Notes: generated by a model not told the origin, from the letters alone. 64,000 bases of DNA from an uncultured virus (IMG/VR IMGVR_UViG_3300015360_000026) (IMGVR_UViG_3300015360_000026), one strand, 5' to 3'; positions 18,719 to 29,083 are shown, counted from the first letter of the stretch. Numbers and translations: made by a program.

Positions 18719-21466
18719 TTAGTTTGGTTTGACGATCTTGAAATTTTGGGCCAGTGACGCCGTCTCGTTCTCCGGCAAGGTCGGCGACTCGTACTGACTT
18801 TGGTTACTACTGCGTTCCTTGTCAACACCGCGACCCCAGTCGTACAGGCCGAGCTGGGCCAGCCGGAGGAATACGGAGGAGTCTTCCCACTTGGCCTTGC
18901 CGGGCCACGGGTACAGTTGTCGTCCCTGGTAGCTGACGGGCTTCTCCTCCCACGTGTCGCCACCGGACCCGCCGCCCAGCCGCTGGATCTGGTGCCACCG
19001 GCTCTCCACAAACTGCAAGGTGGTCGTGTGGTACTGCTTACCCGGTTCGTCCGAGTCGCGGTAGCTGAAGCCGATCGCACTGATGGTGTCGTCGCTGCCG
19101 AGGGACTGCGTCCCGTACCACGGCACGGTGACGTCGCCCGTCATGGCCAACTGCCCGTCTTTCGTGACCTTTTGGAGGGCCTGGCAGGCGTCCTGGCATA
19201 GCTCGGTGACGGCCGTAGCCGCCTGATCGCCGCCGGGGCCGACGAGGCCCTCCTTCTTGGCGATGTACTGCCCGCCGCTCGCGACACCCTTCACGGCGGC
19301 AATGCTGCCGTTGACGGCGAGGTTGCCGCTGCCGCACGAGCCGACGATCAGGCCCTTGGCCAAGACCATCGACCCCTCGTGTGTCACGTTGTTCTGGCCG
19401 AACCGGTGGCTCTTCACCATCGACGGTGCCGTGGTGCCGGAGATCGAACCCGAATAGTGCCAGATGGTGAAGTCGTTCTTGACGTACGCATCGACCTTCT
19501 TGGCGTTGACGGCGACCGTGCCCAGGCCCTTGCCTGCGTCGAGGACGATGTCACCTGTTTGCTTCTTCGCACCCGATCGGATATACACGTCCTCACCGAG
19601 TAGCCCGACGACACTGGCAGACTTGAGGACGATGCCGCCCGCGTCGACGTCCTCGCCGATCTTGTCCTGGTAGTCCTGCGTCTTGCTGGTGCTCTTGGAC
19701 TCCACGAGGACGGTGTTCTCGCCGAGGATCTGGAGGTTCTTGAACGCCCGCAAGCGGACGTCCTTGTTCGACGACGAGATGTCGACCGAGTCGTGGCTCT
19801 TGACGATGACCTCACCCGACATGATGAGGGCCGTGCGGCCGGGCAGGATCTGGACGGACCCAGGAGCCTCGATCCGGACATTGCCGGCCGTCATGGTAAT
19901 CTGCGACCCGAATCCGTCGGCAATGGCGATGCCGCCGTCGTCGAGGAAGGCGATGAACGCCTCACGCTGGAAGTATTCGACGTCGTTGTACCGCTTGTCG
20001 ATGCGGAGGACCTTGGGCGTGGGGTCCGACATGTACGACTGGGACGACAGGACGCCGAAGTCGAGGTTGTCCATCGTGCGGCTGAAGAACTGGCTCTGAC
20101 TCTCCTCGGCGACCTGGTAATCCTTCTTGTGGTAGTGGAACGGGTGGAGCCGCTTCCAGTTAATGTTCCACGCCAGGATGTCCTGCACGCCGCCGACCCG
20201 CCGGATGGACCGGTTGGTGCCGGTCACCTTCATGTCGTTGACCTTGTGGTCCTCGCCGCTACCGAACTGGGACGAGAACTTGTAGTTGCCGGCTTCGGCG
20301 TCGTCGCCCGTCGCATCGTTGACGAGCTTCTGCTGCTTGGGCACCGGGATCAGGCACCGCTTGGCGAAGATCATGCTCTTGGCGGACTGCACCACGTACG
20401 AACCGTCGAGTCCAACGTGCTGGGCGAACACGCCCTCGTCGGCGACCGGATCACTGTACCGCTGGACGCCGGAGTCCCGTTGCAGCTTGACGACGTAGTC
20501 GAGCCCGCCTTGGCCGAGGTAGCCGCCGTAGTGCCGGACCCGGTGGATGGGCTGGACGTCCTTGCCGGTGTCGGGCAAGTCGACCTTGCCGACGGGCTTG
20601 TTGTACTGCACGTCTTCGTCACTGTACTCCTGGGTGAAGTCCGTACCGGGGGCGTATAAGCCCAGAGCCTCCCACGGATACGTCGCCACCATGTGCTGGT
20701 AGTTCGCCTCACCCTCATCGGCGTACGCCTGCTCGTCGTGGATTGCTGACGTGATCTCCAGCTGGGAGCCCGCCAGGCTGCATAGGCCGTCCCAGAAGCT
20801 CAGGGATAGGCCGCACATCTCGTTGACGCGAAGGAACGCCATGAAGCTGTCGATGTGGATGCCGACGCCCGTCTCGGTGATCTTGTTCCATTCCAGGCTC
20901 GTCGAGTCAACGGGGGACTGGCAGGAGAAGTCCTGGATGCCGCCGGACCGCTCCATGCCCTTGGCGACCTGCTTGTGAATGCGTTCCCGCTTGTACCCTG
21001 CCTGACTGCCCTGGGAGATCCAGCCGGGGCAGGCGACGCCGTCGTCCTCCAGGGCGTGAGGGACGACGCCGAGGATGGCGGACGGCCCCGATCCCGACTC
21101 CGTCGGGCAGAAGATGATGACCGTGCTGCCGGCCGTCAGGGGTGCCCCGGAGCGGGGGCCGAGGGGAGTCTTGATGGAGTCCGACAGGTGATAGGCGGCG
21201 ACCCACCCGGAGTCGCCGAGTTGGACCTTGTACCAGTTGAGGCCGGGGATCGAGTGGACGATGACGCCGATCCGGAGGCCGCTGTGGCGTCCCGGATGGT
21301 TCAGAAGACCCGCAATGACGCGGGCGGGGTCGCGGGTGAGGCGATTGGCTTGCTGACCCAGGGCGTCGAGTTCGCTCTGGAGGTTGGTGATCCCCTGGAT
21401 GCGACCGTCCGGCTGGGACACGCCCATACCGGGGTCCTGGGAACCCCGATGTGACTCGGTTGACAT
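18719..21466 (-). CDS. Putative baseplate central spike (gp5/VgrG-like) protein
   Basis: 915 aa; N-terminal OB-fold-like YKVQL..GWV...AGSTVII...AILG; long beta-helix-like I/V-x-I repeats (GNVRIEAPGSVQI, DVRLRA). Confidence 0.55.
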   Translation of the reverse strand: MSTESHRGSQDPGMGVSQPDGRIQGITNLQSELDALGQQANRLTRDPARVIAGLLNHPGRHSGLRIGVIVHSIPGLNWYKVQLGDSGWVAAYHLSDSIKTPLGPRSGAPLTAGSTVIIFCPTESGSGPSAILGVVPHALEDDGVACPGWISQGSQAGYKRERIHKQVAKGMERSGGIQDFSCQSPVDSTSLEWNKITETGVGIHIDSFMAFLRVNEMCGLSLSFWDGLCSLAGSQLEITSAIHDEQAYADEGEANYQHMVATYPWEALGLYAPGTDFTQEYSDEDVQYNKPVGKVDLPDTGKDVQPIHRVRHYGGYLGQGGLDYVVKLQRDSGVQRYSDPVADEGVFAQHVGLDGSYVVQSAKSMIFAKRCLIPVPKQQKLVNDATGDDAEAGNYKFSSQFGSGEDHKVNDMKVTGTNRSIRRVGGVQDILAWNINWKRLHPFHYHKKDYQVAEESQSQFFSRTMDNLDFGVLSSQSYMSDPTPKVLRIDKRYNDVEYFQREAFIAFLDDGGIAIADGFGSQITMTAGNVRIEAPGSVQILPGRTALIMSGEVIVKSHDSVDISSSNKDVRLRAFKNLQILGENTVLVESKSTSKTQDYQDKIGEDVDAGGIVLKSASVVGLLGEDVYIRSGAKKQTGDIVLDAGKGLGTVAVNAKKVDAYVKNDFTIWHYSGSISGTTAPSMVKSHRFGQNNVTHEGSMVLAKGLIVGSCGSGNLAVNGSIAAVKGVASGGQYIAKKEGLVGPGGDQAATAVTELCQDACQALQKVTKDGQLAMTGDVTVPWYGTQSLGSDDTISAIGFSYRDSDEPGKQYHTTTLQFVESRWHQIQRLGGGSGGDTWEEKPVSYQGRQLYPWPGKAKWEDSSVFLRLAQLGLYDWGRGVDKERSSNQSQYESPTLPENETASLAQNFKIVKPN

Positions 21467-21506
21467 TGCCTCACCTCAAGGGTGCGTTTGTGGGCTTAAA
21501 GCCCTG

Positions 21507-21532
21507 GAGGGGGAGGGCCGTCCCTCCCCCTC
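21507..21532. terminator. Intergenic stem-loop after tail tube gene
   Basis: 11-bp stem GAGGGGGAGGG/CCCTCCCCCTC, 4-nt loop. Confidence 0.45.
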
Positions 21533-21537
21533 AGAGT

Positions 21538-21553
21538 TAGAAACTGGCTTCTA
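21538..21553. promoter_or_regulatory. 16-bp quasi-palindrome, copy 3
   Basis: TAGAAACTGGCTTCTA, intergenic. Confidence 0.6.
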
Positions 21554-21556
21554 GGG

Positions 21557-22033
21557 TCAGTTGCCGTAGAAGACCATACTGGCGAAGACCATCTGCGACT
21601 GCTCATTGACGATCATATCCTGAGCCGCCACCGAAATGCCGACCTGGGTCAGGCAGCACCCGTAGAGCCCGTACCCGCCGTACCCGCCGGCAGGCGGGCA
21701 GGAGAGCGGGTTGAACTCCAGCCCGATGTTGTTGTACTGGGCGTTGCAGACCTTCCCGAACTTGTTGTAGAAGGCGGAAATGGTTGTCGTCGGCCCCAGG
21801 ACCCGACCGAGGCCGAGCGTGCCCTGCGTTCGACCGCCGACGTAGTAGATGTTGGTTTGGCCGTAGGTGCCGTTGCCCACTTCGTACAGGCGACTGATGT
21901 TCTGGACGTAAGTGGCGTTGACGTTCTGGACGAGGGCGTTGCTTACCACCCCGCCGAAGTTTAACTTGGCGAGTTCGGCCGAGAATGCACCGCCGAGCTG
22001 TGCACCGTTCGCCAGGAAGATATCACCGGGCAT
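21557..22033 (-). CDS. Tail tube protein
   Basis: 158 aa, RBS GGAGG, directly after sheath; RLYEVG and LYGCCLTQVGISV...EQSQM tube-like strands. Confidence 0.75.
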   Translation of the reverse strand: MPGDIFLANGAQLGGAFSAELAKLNFGGVVSNALVQNVNATYVQNISRLYEVGNGTYGQTNIYYVGGRTQGTLGLGRVLGPTTTISAFYNKFGKVCNAQYNNIGLEFNPLSCPPAGGYGGYGLYGCCLTQVGISVAAQDMIVNEQSQMVFASMVFYGN

Positions 22034-22139
22034 GGAAAAAACCTCCGTGTGTGAAGCCGAGCCTTACCACAGGCTTGGCGGCTGTCCTTATAGGAAAGCT
22101 CCCCCCGGCATACGTGCCTGGGGGAGTTGGTGGCTGGGA

Positions 22140-24962
22140 TCAGAACGTCAGGTGGATCTCGATGTTGTTCAGAGCGTACGGGACGACGAGGGACAGGTTC
22201 ACGACGATCCGGTCCTTGAGTGTCGGGTGCTGGTGCACGTCGATTACCGTGCCGTCGATGAGCTGTCCGCCCAGCAACTTTGTCGAGGATTCGATCTTGA
22301 GCACGTTGATCAGCGTGTTCGTGTCGAGGCGGATGCGGGACACCGTTCCGGGGGTGACGTTGGTGACCCCGATGAACGGGGCGAACGTGTCCTTGAACCG
22401 GTAAGAGATCGAGTCCACGTTGCGGGTGATCATCTCCTCCCGCTTGTTGATGTCACTGTTCAACGCGGTCGTGACCGCGTGTCGCGTGAAGATCGTGCCG
22501 ACGATTGGGTCCTGGGTGACAATCCAGGTGCCTGCCAGGGCCATGGCGTCGAGCTGGGCCTTGTTGAACTTCGCGGTTGTCCGGTCCACGTTCGAGTACC
22601 CGGTGATCTCCAGGTGCGTGAGTCCCTGGTGGGGCAGCACGCCGCCGGACAAGGCCGCGAGCGAGCAGCACAGGAAGGTCCCGTCCATGATCGTGCCGGC
22701 CGACTCGATCTGGTCCGGCCACACCGCACGAATGCGGCGGTCGCCCCAGCTGCCAGCCGACAGAGCGATCTCCTGGGACTCTTCGCCGGCACTGAGGTGC
22801 CGCCAGATTTCCGTCTTGGCCCCGACGGACAGCGGGCCGGACGGGCCGACGAGAAGCCGGAGCTGGTCCTCGGCAGTAACCACGTCGACGACGAACTCGG
22901 TGTACGAGTAGTTACCGAAGCCGTCGCCGGTGTACTCGGTCCGGACGATGTCGCCGGGGCGGACGTTGTTGGTGATGAACCCGCCGTTGTCGCTCGTGCA
23001 CCGGAGGATGGTGAAGCTCGACCCGATGAAGAACGGGTCCTGCTCGACGACGCACAGACAGACATCGCCGTCCGTCGTGGTGGCCGTCAGGTGGTTGGCG
23101 ACCGTCGACCCGGACGAGACGATCGGGATGAGTGGGACGCCCATCAGGTTGAACCAGGTAACCCGCCACAGGGCGGCGGTTGCCACCGACTGGTCATCGA
23201 CGTGAGCAGCCCACAGGTCCTGGACCGTGCGGTTCTTCGTCAGCGGGACGAGCCCGTAGACGTCGTCGCGACCGATCAGGATGCCGAGTACGTCGGCCCA
23301 CGAGGAGACGTCGGCCGGGTTGCACACCGACGAGAATTTGACGTCCGTGCCGTTCGCGTTCTCCAGGGCCTTGAACACGCCCCACTTGAGGGGGTTGTCC
23401 GGGTGCAAGGCACCGCTGATCTGGTCGTTGATGGTGCCGACATCATTGATCGTGAACACCTCGTTGCAGAGGTCCGACAGCCAGGCCCGGTATTCGACGT
23501 ACACTTGGCCGTACTGCTTGCTTGCTTCCGACGACAGGGGAAGGGCAACCGGAACTCCGCTGTTCGTCCAGGTCGCGTCGAACGCCTGGATGCCGTCGTT
23601 GATCGTGATCTGTTCGGCAGTCTGGTCCCAGTTGGTCAGCGGGGCGGACCCGATGCGGTTCTTTTCGATCTGGAGTACCGGCTTGCGGATGAACAAGGTC
23701 AGGTCCAGTTCGTTGCCGGCCGGGATGGCGGACGGCAGGTTCTGGCCCAGTTCAATTGCCTTGATCGGTCCCTCGGCTGCGGACAACACGGGGACATAGA
23801 AGCGGTCACCCGTCCGCAGGGCGACGCCCGAGAACATGATGGTCGCCCCGAGCGTACCGATCGGCACAGCCGTGGCGGACGCCGGGACAACAATCGGCCC
23901 GCTGATGTCGATGCCGTTCGTGGTCGTGATGTTGATCTGAGGGTCGTTCGGGTACGTACCACCCCGGTTGACGACCACGATGTAGGTCGTGTCGTTGAGG
24001 CCGGTGTACGTGCCGCCCGATGTCGCAGACGGGGCCGTGAACAGCTGGTTCACGGTCACACGCCACCGCTGGCCGACCACGATGTCTGCCGGGAGGACGC
24101 CGTCGCCGATGGCCGAGATCGAGTCGCCGCCGCTACCACTGCTGTCAAACGTGACCGTGAGGCCACGGGTGCCGATCGGCGTGGGCACGTTCATGCCGTT
24201 CGGGACCACCGACAGGATGTCGTCCGTACCCGAACCGGAGATGATGCGGATCTTGCCTTTGGTCAGGTCACTGCTGACCGACGTCTCAGTGACGATGATG
24301 TCGTACGTTTCGGTAATGTACCCCGATGCCAGGCCGTCGTAGGCTGTGCCGTCAGGGATCAGGATGATGGCGTTGTCAGGGCCACTGACCTTGGTGTACG
24401 AAGCCGAGTACGACTGCGTGGGCTTGTTGTTGACGTCGTTCGCCGCCGCCAGGACCGAGCTGGCGATCTGGTCGCCGTGCAGAGCCTTGACGTAAGTCCA
24501 CAGCGTGACCGGGGACAAGGTGTTGTCCAGGCCGCGAACCTTGACCACGTCGCCCGGCTGAACGTCGCGGTCGAGGAACTCGTTCGAGCGGACGTAGATC
24601 CCGTTCTCGGCGAAGTTCAGGTTGGTCGAGTGGATGCGGTTACCGTACGACGCCATCTTGGTGACCATGTGGCCACCGCCAATGAACGTGGTGAAGTATT
24701 GGAGCAGGGCGTCCTTGACCCACACCTTCGTGTAGGTCGCGTCGACGATCCCGCCAGCCGGCCGGTGCGGCCATGCGTGCGGCTGCGGCAGGAGGTTGTC
24801 GTAGTAGCCGAGGAAGCCCTTGGCCTGCTCGTCGGTCTCGTTGTAGCGGAGCAGCTGGGCGTGCGGCCCGGTGATGTGCGACCGCAGCGGGTTTGCGACC
24901 GCCGCCGGGACGATGTTGAACTCTTGGAAAACCAAAACCTGGGGAAGGACGTACGTCGCCAT
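22140..24962 (-). CDS. Contractile tail sheath protein
   Basis: 940 aa; N-terminal YVLPQVLVFQEF; C-terminal RHAVTT..REEMITRNVDSIS..FIG...VPYALNNIEI sheath-like; followed by tube gene. Confidence 0.8.
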   Translation of the reverse strand: MATYVLPQVLVFQEFNIVPAAVANPLRSHITGPHAQLLRYNETDEQAKGFLGYYDNLLPQPHAWPHRPAGGIVDATYTKVWVKDALLQYFTTFIGGGHMVTKMASYGNRIHSTNLNFAENGIYVRSNEFLDRDVQPGDVVKVRGLDNTLSPVTLWTYVKALHGDQIASSVLAAANDVNNKPTQSYSASYTKVSGPDNAIILIPDGTAYDGLASGYITETYDIIVTETSVSSDLTKGKIRIISGSGTDDILSVVPNGMNVPTPIGTRGLTVTFDSSGSGGDSISAIGDGVLPADIVVGQRWRVTVNQLFTAPSATSGGTYTGLNDTTYIVVVNRGGTYPNDPQINITTTNGIDISGPIVVPASATAVPIGTLGATIMFSGVALRTGDRFYVPVLSAAEGPIKAIELGQNLPSAIPAGNELDLTLFIRKPVLQIEKNRIGSAPLTNWDQTAEQITINDGIQAFDATWTNSGVPVALPLSSEASKQYGQVYVEYRAWLSDLCNEVFTINDVGTINDQISGALHPDNPLKWGVFKALENANGTDVKFSSVCNPADVSSWADVLGILIGRDDVYGLVPLTKNRTVQDLWAAHVDDQSVATAALWRVTWFNLMGVPLIPIVSSGSTVANHLTATTTDGDVCLCVVEQDPFFIGSSFTILRCTSDNGGFITNNVRPGDIVRTEYTGDGFGNYSYTEFVVDVVTAEDQLRLLVGPSGPLSVGAKTEIWRHLSAGEESQEIALSAGSWGDRRIRAVWPDQIESAGTIMDGTFLCCSLAALSGGVLPHQGLTHLEITGYSNVDRTTAKFNKAQLDAMALAGTWIVTQDPIVGTIFTRHAVTTALNSDINKREEMITRNVDSISYRFKDTFAPFIGVTNVTPGTVSRIRLDTNTLINVLKIESSTKLLGGQLIDGTVIDVHQHPTLKDRIVVNLSLVVPYALNNIEIHLTF

Positions 24963-25011
24963 TGAGAGTGCCTCCGTGCACGAACGGGTGTGTCAGGAAC
25001 GAAGAATGGTT

Positions 25012-25716
25012 TTAGCACGACAGTAGCGTGCTGAGGGCAATTCGCCGCAGCTTCATGGACTCCAGTTCGAGCCGCCAGTTCTCGGCGTAGGCCCAGCCTA
25101 TCGTGATCGGAACGACGAAACTCTCTTTGGACTCCTCGATCTCAGCGATAGCTCCGACTTCGGTTACGTTCCATCGGAGCAGCCCCAGGTACTCGACAAT
25201 TACCTGGTGGAAGCGATTGAGGTAGCTTACCACTTCAGTCGCGAGTATCTCGACACTGGCACCCGTTCCATGGATGCAAAAGACGGTGTGCGAGCCGACC
25301 CATCCGGTCGTGAACTCAACGTGGCCGTCTTCGGTTGTGCGTACGCGGTCTGCGATTCCGAATCGCATGTTCTGGTACGCATTTCGCTTCATGATGATCG
25401 CGGGACGCTTCTCTACGAGATCGCCACGCCACCGATGAATGCTTTCAATGAGAATACCAGTTGGCGGGTTCTCGTTCCAGATGTACTTGCGGAGGTCTTC
25501 TTCCGTGATGTTGCTCGGCACCGCGAAGTGCCGCACCAGCATGTCCCGCAGGAGTCCGGTGATCAAGATGGGTCGCCAGCCCTTCGAGCATAGATTGCTG
25601 AATAGACCGGGGATGATCTGCGTCGCGGGCGGCTCCGTAAACGGCGACGGGTCGGGGTTCTGGTTGCCCGGATTGTTCGGGTCGTTCGGGTCGCACCATC
25701 CTGGTGGAACGGCCAT
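25012..25716 (-). CDS. Putative tail completion/terminator protein
   Basis: 234 aa upstream of sheath; KRPAIIMKR motif. Confidence 0.55.
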   Translation of the reverse strand: MAVPPGWCDPNDPNNPGNQNPDPSPFTEPPATQIIPGLFSNLCSKGWRPILITGLLRDMLVRHFAVPSNITEEDLRKYIWNENPPTGILIESIHRWRGDLVEKRPAIIMKRNAYQNMRFGIADRVRTTEDGHVEFTTGWVGSHTVFCIHGTGASVEILATEVVSYLNRFHQVIVEYLGLLRWNVTEVGAIAEIEESKESFVVPITIGWAYAENWRLELESMKLRRIALSTLLSC

Positions 25717-25979
25717 TACTGCTTCTCCTTCTTCTTCTCCGGTCGCACCAGTCCGGCGGTACGCTCGTCCTTGTAGATCTCGCGGTCATTGAACAAGTGC
25801 TTAGCGACTGTCAGCGGGTCCACGTCGAACTTCCACAGGCTGATCTTGTCGAGGCCGACGGTCTTACGGATCGCGGACTGGTCATCCTTGGCGACCGGAG
25901 GCAGGCTCGCTTTGTTCTGCTTCGGGGCCTGCGTTCCGGGGGTTGCGGACGACAGCTTGCGGGGTTGGTCGTTTGGCAC
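25716..25979 (-). CDS. Small hypothetical protein
   Basis: 87 aa; stop overlaps next start (TAATG). Confidence 0.55.
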   Translation of the reverse strand: MPNDQPRKLSSATPGTQAPKQNKASLPPVAKDDQSAIRKTVGLDKISLWKFDVDPLTVAKHLFNDREIYKDERTAGLVRPEKKKEKQ

Positions 25980-25987
25980 GGTGTCTC

Positions 25988-26938
25988 TTATGGTTCGGGG
26001 AAGTTCGGCCCGTACGACGAGTAGCCCTCGTCGGGCGTGTGGGCTGGGTCAGGGAAGTCGATGCCGGCGTCGGGCAGTTGCCCGAGGTGGGCCAGCTGGT
26101 CGGGTATCTTGATGTCGTAGACCACGGACGAGTACGCGATGGGCCTCATCTCGACGTTGCCGATGAGCGGGCACCCCCGGATCTCACTGACGTGGTCGAT
26201 CTTGTGGATGTAATACCGGTCGTCGGTCCTCTTGTTGACCCAGATGTCGTCCTCACCCATCAGGTCAGTAAGCAGCATGCGGGCCTGAACGACGATGTCA
26301 TTGACGGTTGCTCGGGTCTCGCCGTCGATGTGAATGCGACGGCTCTTGGGGCTCAGGTCGGCCCAGGTACAAGCCATCGGGTAGAAGTACCCACACAGGA
26401 AGCCGGTGCCGTAGCAATACTCGCAGTTGGCGTCCGTGACCTCCTGCGTCTGGTAGTCGAGGCAGTGCGTGCACCGGACACCCGTGACACGACGTTTGAG
26501 CAGGTAACCGTCCTGCCCCGCCCCGATGCGGAACCGGAGCTTCTCCTTGCGGATAATCTCGCGGGCATTCCGCCAGTCGCGACGGTCGAGAGTGCCGATA
26601 GCCGCGACCGGCTGCGACACGTAGGTGCCCTTGGAGCTGGTGACCAGGACCCGGTAGTACGTCCAGTTGGTCTTACCGAAGACTCGCTTCTCGGGGTCGA
26701 TGGCGTAGAAGGCGTTCTCGATGGGTCCGCCCACGTTGGCCCAGTCGTCGGCGTCCTGATTGGCGGACTGGCCGACCTGGAGTTGGAAGACGAGTGGGTT
26801 GGGGTCCGTGAAGGTGTCGAGCAATTCCCACATGATGCGGGTGCCGCCCCGGATGAGGTAGCTCACCACGACCCGGTCGAAAACGGGTTCACACTGGTTG
26901 GGGCAGAGGCGGCACCGGTGGAAGTGTGAGTTGGCCAT
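25988..26938 (-). CDS. Putative neck / head-closure protein with Cys clusters
   Basis: Start moved to ATG 26938; RRVTGVRCTHC...NCEYCYGTGF..GYFYP; position between head and tail genes. Confidence 0.6.
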   Translation of the reverse strand: MANSHFHRCRLCPNQCEPVFDRVVVSYLIRGGTRIMWELLDTFTDPNPLVFQLQVGQSANQDADDWANVGGPIENAFYAIDPEKRVFGKTNWTYYRVLVTSSKGTYVSQPVAAIGTLDRRDWRNAREIIRKEKLRFRIGAGQDGYLLKRRVTGVRCTHCLDYQTQEVTDANCEYCYGTGFLCGYFYPMACTWADLSPKSRRIHIDGETRATVNDIVVQARMLLTDLMGEDDIWVNKRTDDRYYIHKIDHVSEIRGCPLIGNVEMRPIAYSSVVYDIKIPDQLAHLGQLPDAGIDFPDPAHTPDEGYSSYGPNFPEP

Positions 26939-26959
26939 CCGTGGCCCCCGCTGATAGGT

Positions 26960-26994
26960 AAAAAAAGGCGTTCCTTCATGATGAAGGATACGCC
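26960..26994 (-). terminator. Intrinsic terminator
   Basis: Minus strand GGCGTATCCTTCAT-C-ATGAAGGAACGCC followed by 7 T. Confidence 0.75.
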
Positions 26995-27005
26995 CAAAGC
27001 AAAAC

Positions 27006-27206
27006 TCAATCAACCCGCGTGGCCCGCTCTCCTGTCGAGTGGGCCACCCTGGCTGCTGTACGATTGATCGGGCGACTACGATGTGTCGCCGCCCGCCGAC
27101 CGAACCCGCCCCTCTGGTAACCCATCGCATATGGGTTATCCTCGAACATTGCCACCTCTTGCTTGGGTGTGAGTTGTTCACCGTGGTTGTTCTTCTTTGC
27201 GGACAT
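27006..27206 (-). CDS. Small basic hypothetical protein
   Basis: 66 aa with RBS AAGGAG, followed by terminator. Confidence 0.45.
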   Translation of the reverse strand: MSAKKNNHGEQLTPKQEVAMFEDNPYAMGYQRGGFGRRAATHRSRPINRTAARVAHSTGERATRVD

Positions 27207-27333
27207 GGAAGACTCCTTCCGCCCATGCAGGACGGTGGGTAAAGAAACACCCCGACCGAATTGGCCGGGATCAGTACCGAATCGGCACTTCTCCGCACCC
27301 CGGTGCCGTCACCGGGGCAGGAAGAAAAGTCGA

Positions 27334-27669
27334 TCAGGATCGCGAGTACACCTCGTCCTCGGGGAACCGTTCACGGACCTCTTCCTCGTCGTCGCCCGTG
27401 TCGACTACATCGACACACGGGTCAGCCTTCTTCGGCGTCTCCGTGACACGGGCATCCCGTGTCAGGAGATAAACTGTCACTACCGCACTCGCAAAGAGTG
27501 CGATCCACGGGAGGGCCTCCAGCACCATCTCGGACTTTTTTTCCGTGGCCCGCTTCTCAACGAGATAGCGGGTCCACTGCACCGTCCGAACCACCAACAT
27601 GAACCCGAACGAGACCGCGAACGCAATCACGAACGCGGGGGCGAACGACGCCCAGAAGCCATCGAACAT
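27334..27669 (-). CDS. Small membrane protein (2 predicted TM helices)
   Basis: RBS AGGAG; two hydrophobic stretches and an acidic tail. Confidence 0.6.
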   Translation of the reverse strand: MFDGFWASFAPAFVIAFAVSFGFMLVVRTVQWTRYLVEKRATEKKSEMVLEALPWIALFASAVVTVYLLTRDARVTETPKKADPCVDVVDTGDDEEEVRERFPEDEVYSRS

Positions 27670-27733
27670 AATGCTCTCCTGTTATTCCCCGCCCAATGGG
27701 CGAGGAGGGATGGGAAAAAAAGACACCGCGACC

Positions 27734-28039
27734 TCACCAGAACTTCAAGGCGTGCCACCAACGCCGTTTCTTCTCAGCCTCGATCCGGGCCAGTTCGGCC
27801 TCCTCACGGGCCTTCCGCTCCGCTTCGAGCCTGGCCAATTCTTCGGCCCGCTCCTTCACCTTGGTGACTTCCAACTCCACGGCTTGGCGGTGAACCTCCA
27901 TGGCCTTCGCCTGCTCCTGGAGCGTCGACACGCTCTTGTCCTGCCGAGCGATCTCCTTCTGGGGCTGGAACCCCAGGTCGTTCCGGGCGAAGACGTACAC
28001 GATCCCGAGCACGAACACGGTCATAAGAACTGCTTTCAC
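27734..28039 (-). CDS. Membrane-anchored coiled-coil protein
   Basis: Start moved to GTG 28039; MKAVLMTVFVLGIVYVF anchor, then E/A/K/R heptads. Confidence 0.6.
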   Translation of the reverse strand: MKAVLMTVFVLGIVYVFARNDLGFQPQKEIARQDKSVSTLQEQAKAMEVHRQAVELEVTKVKERAEELARLEAERKAREEAELARIEAEKKRRWWHALKFW

Positions 28040-28144
28040 AGGAACACCCTCAAAGAACCACACCCTAGTGCTCGCCAACCAAAGTGGTCGACGTCTAGGG
28101 TGTAAGATTTCTCTCAGGTAATATGACCCGTTTCGGTCGTTTAT

Positions 28145-29062
28145 TTAGAAGCCACGCATCCCGCCGTAGGGGCTGCCCACGTGGCCCGAAACCTGCATCA
28201 TGTTCAGCTCCAGCTTCTTCAGGTTCACGAACTCCGTCCACTCGGCCATCAGCTCCTTGCTGGCCTGGCCGTACTCGTTGAACCGGTTGAGGTCGTCGAT
28301 GGCCGTACCACCCGCTTGATACGACAGGTGGTTCCGCCGGTAGTTGGTCGCGGCGAACTCGTACAGGTGAGCCAGTGCCGCCTTACGCCACGCCTCCCGG
28401 AACGGGAAGTTGCGGGTCGAGAACTTGTACCCGAGGGGCGGCGGACGCTCGTTGAAGTAGTCGATCGGCCGGGTGAGGGCCAGGAGGATCTGCTCGGCCC
28501 CGAACTCGATGTCGTCGAGCCGCAGGTTCTCCGACGGCGACGAGTCCATCATCGTCATCCGCAGTTCTTGGACAGTCAGCGACCCCATACCGTCCATGAC
28601 GTTGTTGATGTCCATCGCGAAGAGGCTGGCCTCCACGCTCATGATCGCGTTGTCGACGCAGAGGATCTTCTTGTTGGCGTCCTCGATTGCCCAGCACAGC
28701 TGGTAGACGCCCCGGCGATCGACGATCTTGGGGTCGAGAGTGGCTCGGACGACGCCCATGCTGGGGGCGTAGTCCCAAGCCGGGTTCTCCCACAGCGGGT
28801 TCTGCTCCGGGCTCAGCCCCCTACCGACGGCCTCCTTGATCCGGAGGCGGACCTTGCCCCCGGCCTCGGCCGTGCTGACGCTGTTGTTCTCGGGGCCGAA
28901 GATCGGGCTCAGGTCGATAGGGTTGCCCTTGCGGTCCCTGAACGTGTGCTCCAAAGTCGCGTGTGTCCCCTGGTCGACCAAGAACGCCTTCAAGCGGGTC
29001 AAGACCGGGCACTCGTCGACCTCCGGGATGCCGGCCGTAATGATGCCGAGTTCGCTGGCCAC
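28145..29062 (-). CDS. Putative head-tail adaptor (neck) protein
   Basis: 305 aa, RBS GGGAGG; IDYFNERPP...RRNHLSYQAGG..IDD pattern; downstream of capsid genes. Confidence 0.6.
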   Translation of the reverse strand: MASELGIITAGIPEVDECPVLTRLKAFLVDQGTHATLEHTFRDRKGNPIDLSPIFGPENNSVSTAEAGGKVRLRIKEAVGRGLSPEQNPLWENPAWDYAPSMGVVRATLDPKIVDRRGVYQLCWAIEDANKKILCVDNAIMSVEASLFAMDINNVMDGMGSLTVQELRMTMMDSSPSENLRLDDIEFGAEQILLALTRPIDYFNERPPPLGYKFSTRNFPFREAWRKAALAHLYEFAATNYRRNHLSYQAGGTAIDDLNRFNEYGQASKELMAEWTEFVNLKKLELNMMQVSGHVGSPYGGMRGF

Positions 29063-29083
29063 GTGCTGTCCTCCCTGATGGGT

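Noticed and set aside
6065..24962. Extracellular contractile injection system or T6SS interpretation of sheath, tube and baseplate genes
   Set aside because: Capsid, prohead protease, neck, RNAP and RNR genes in the same orientation indicate a complete phage.
21912..24965. 1017-aa plus-strand ORF (and similar long plus-strand ORFs at 56-1255, 34472-35893, 40178-41644, 50422-52389, 59626-61086)
   Set aside because: Antisense shadows of GC3-biased minus-strand genes; R/V/G/D-rich with no motifs or RBS.
27240..27330. tRNA or structured ncRNA in the hairpin-rich intergenic gap
   Set aside because: No cloverleaf, T-loop GTTCRA or CCA end recognisable; only short GC stems.
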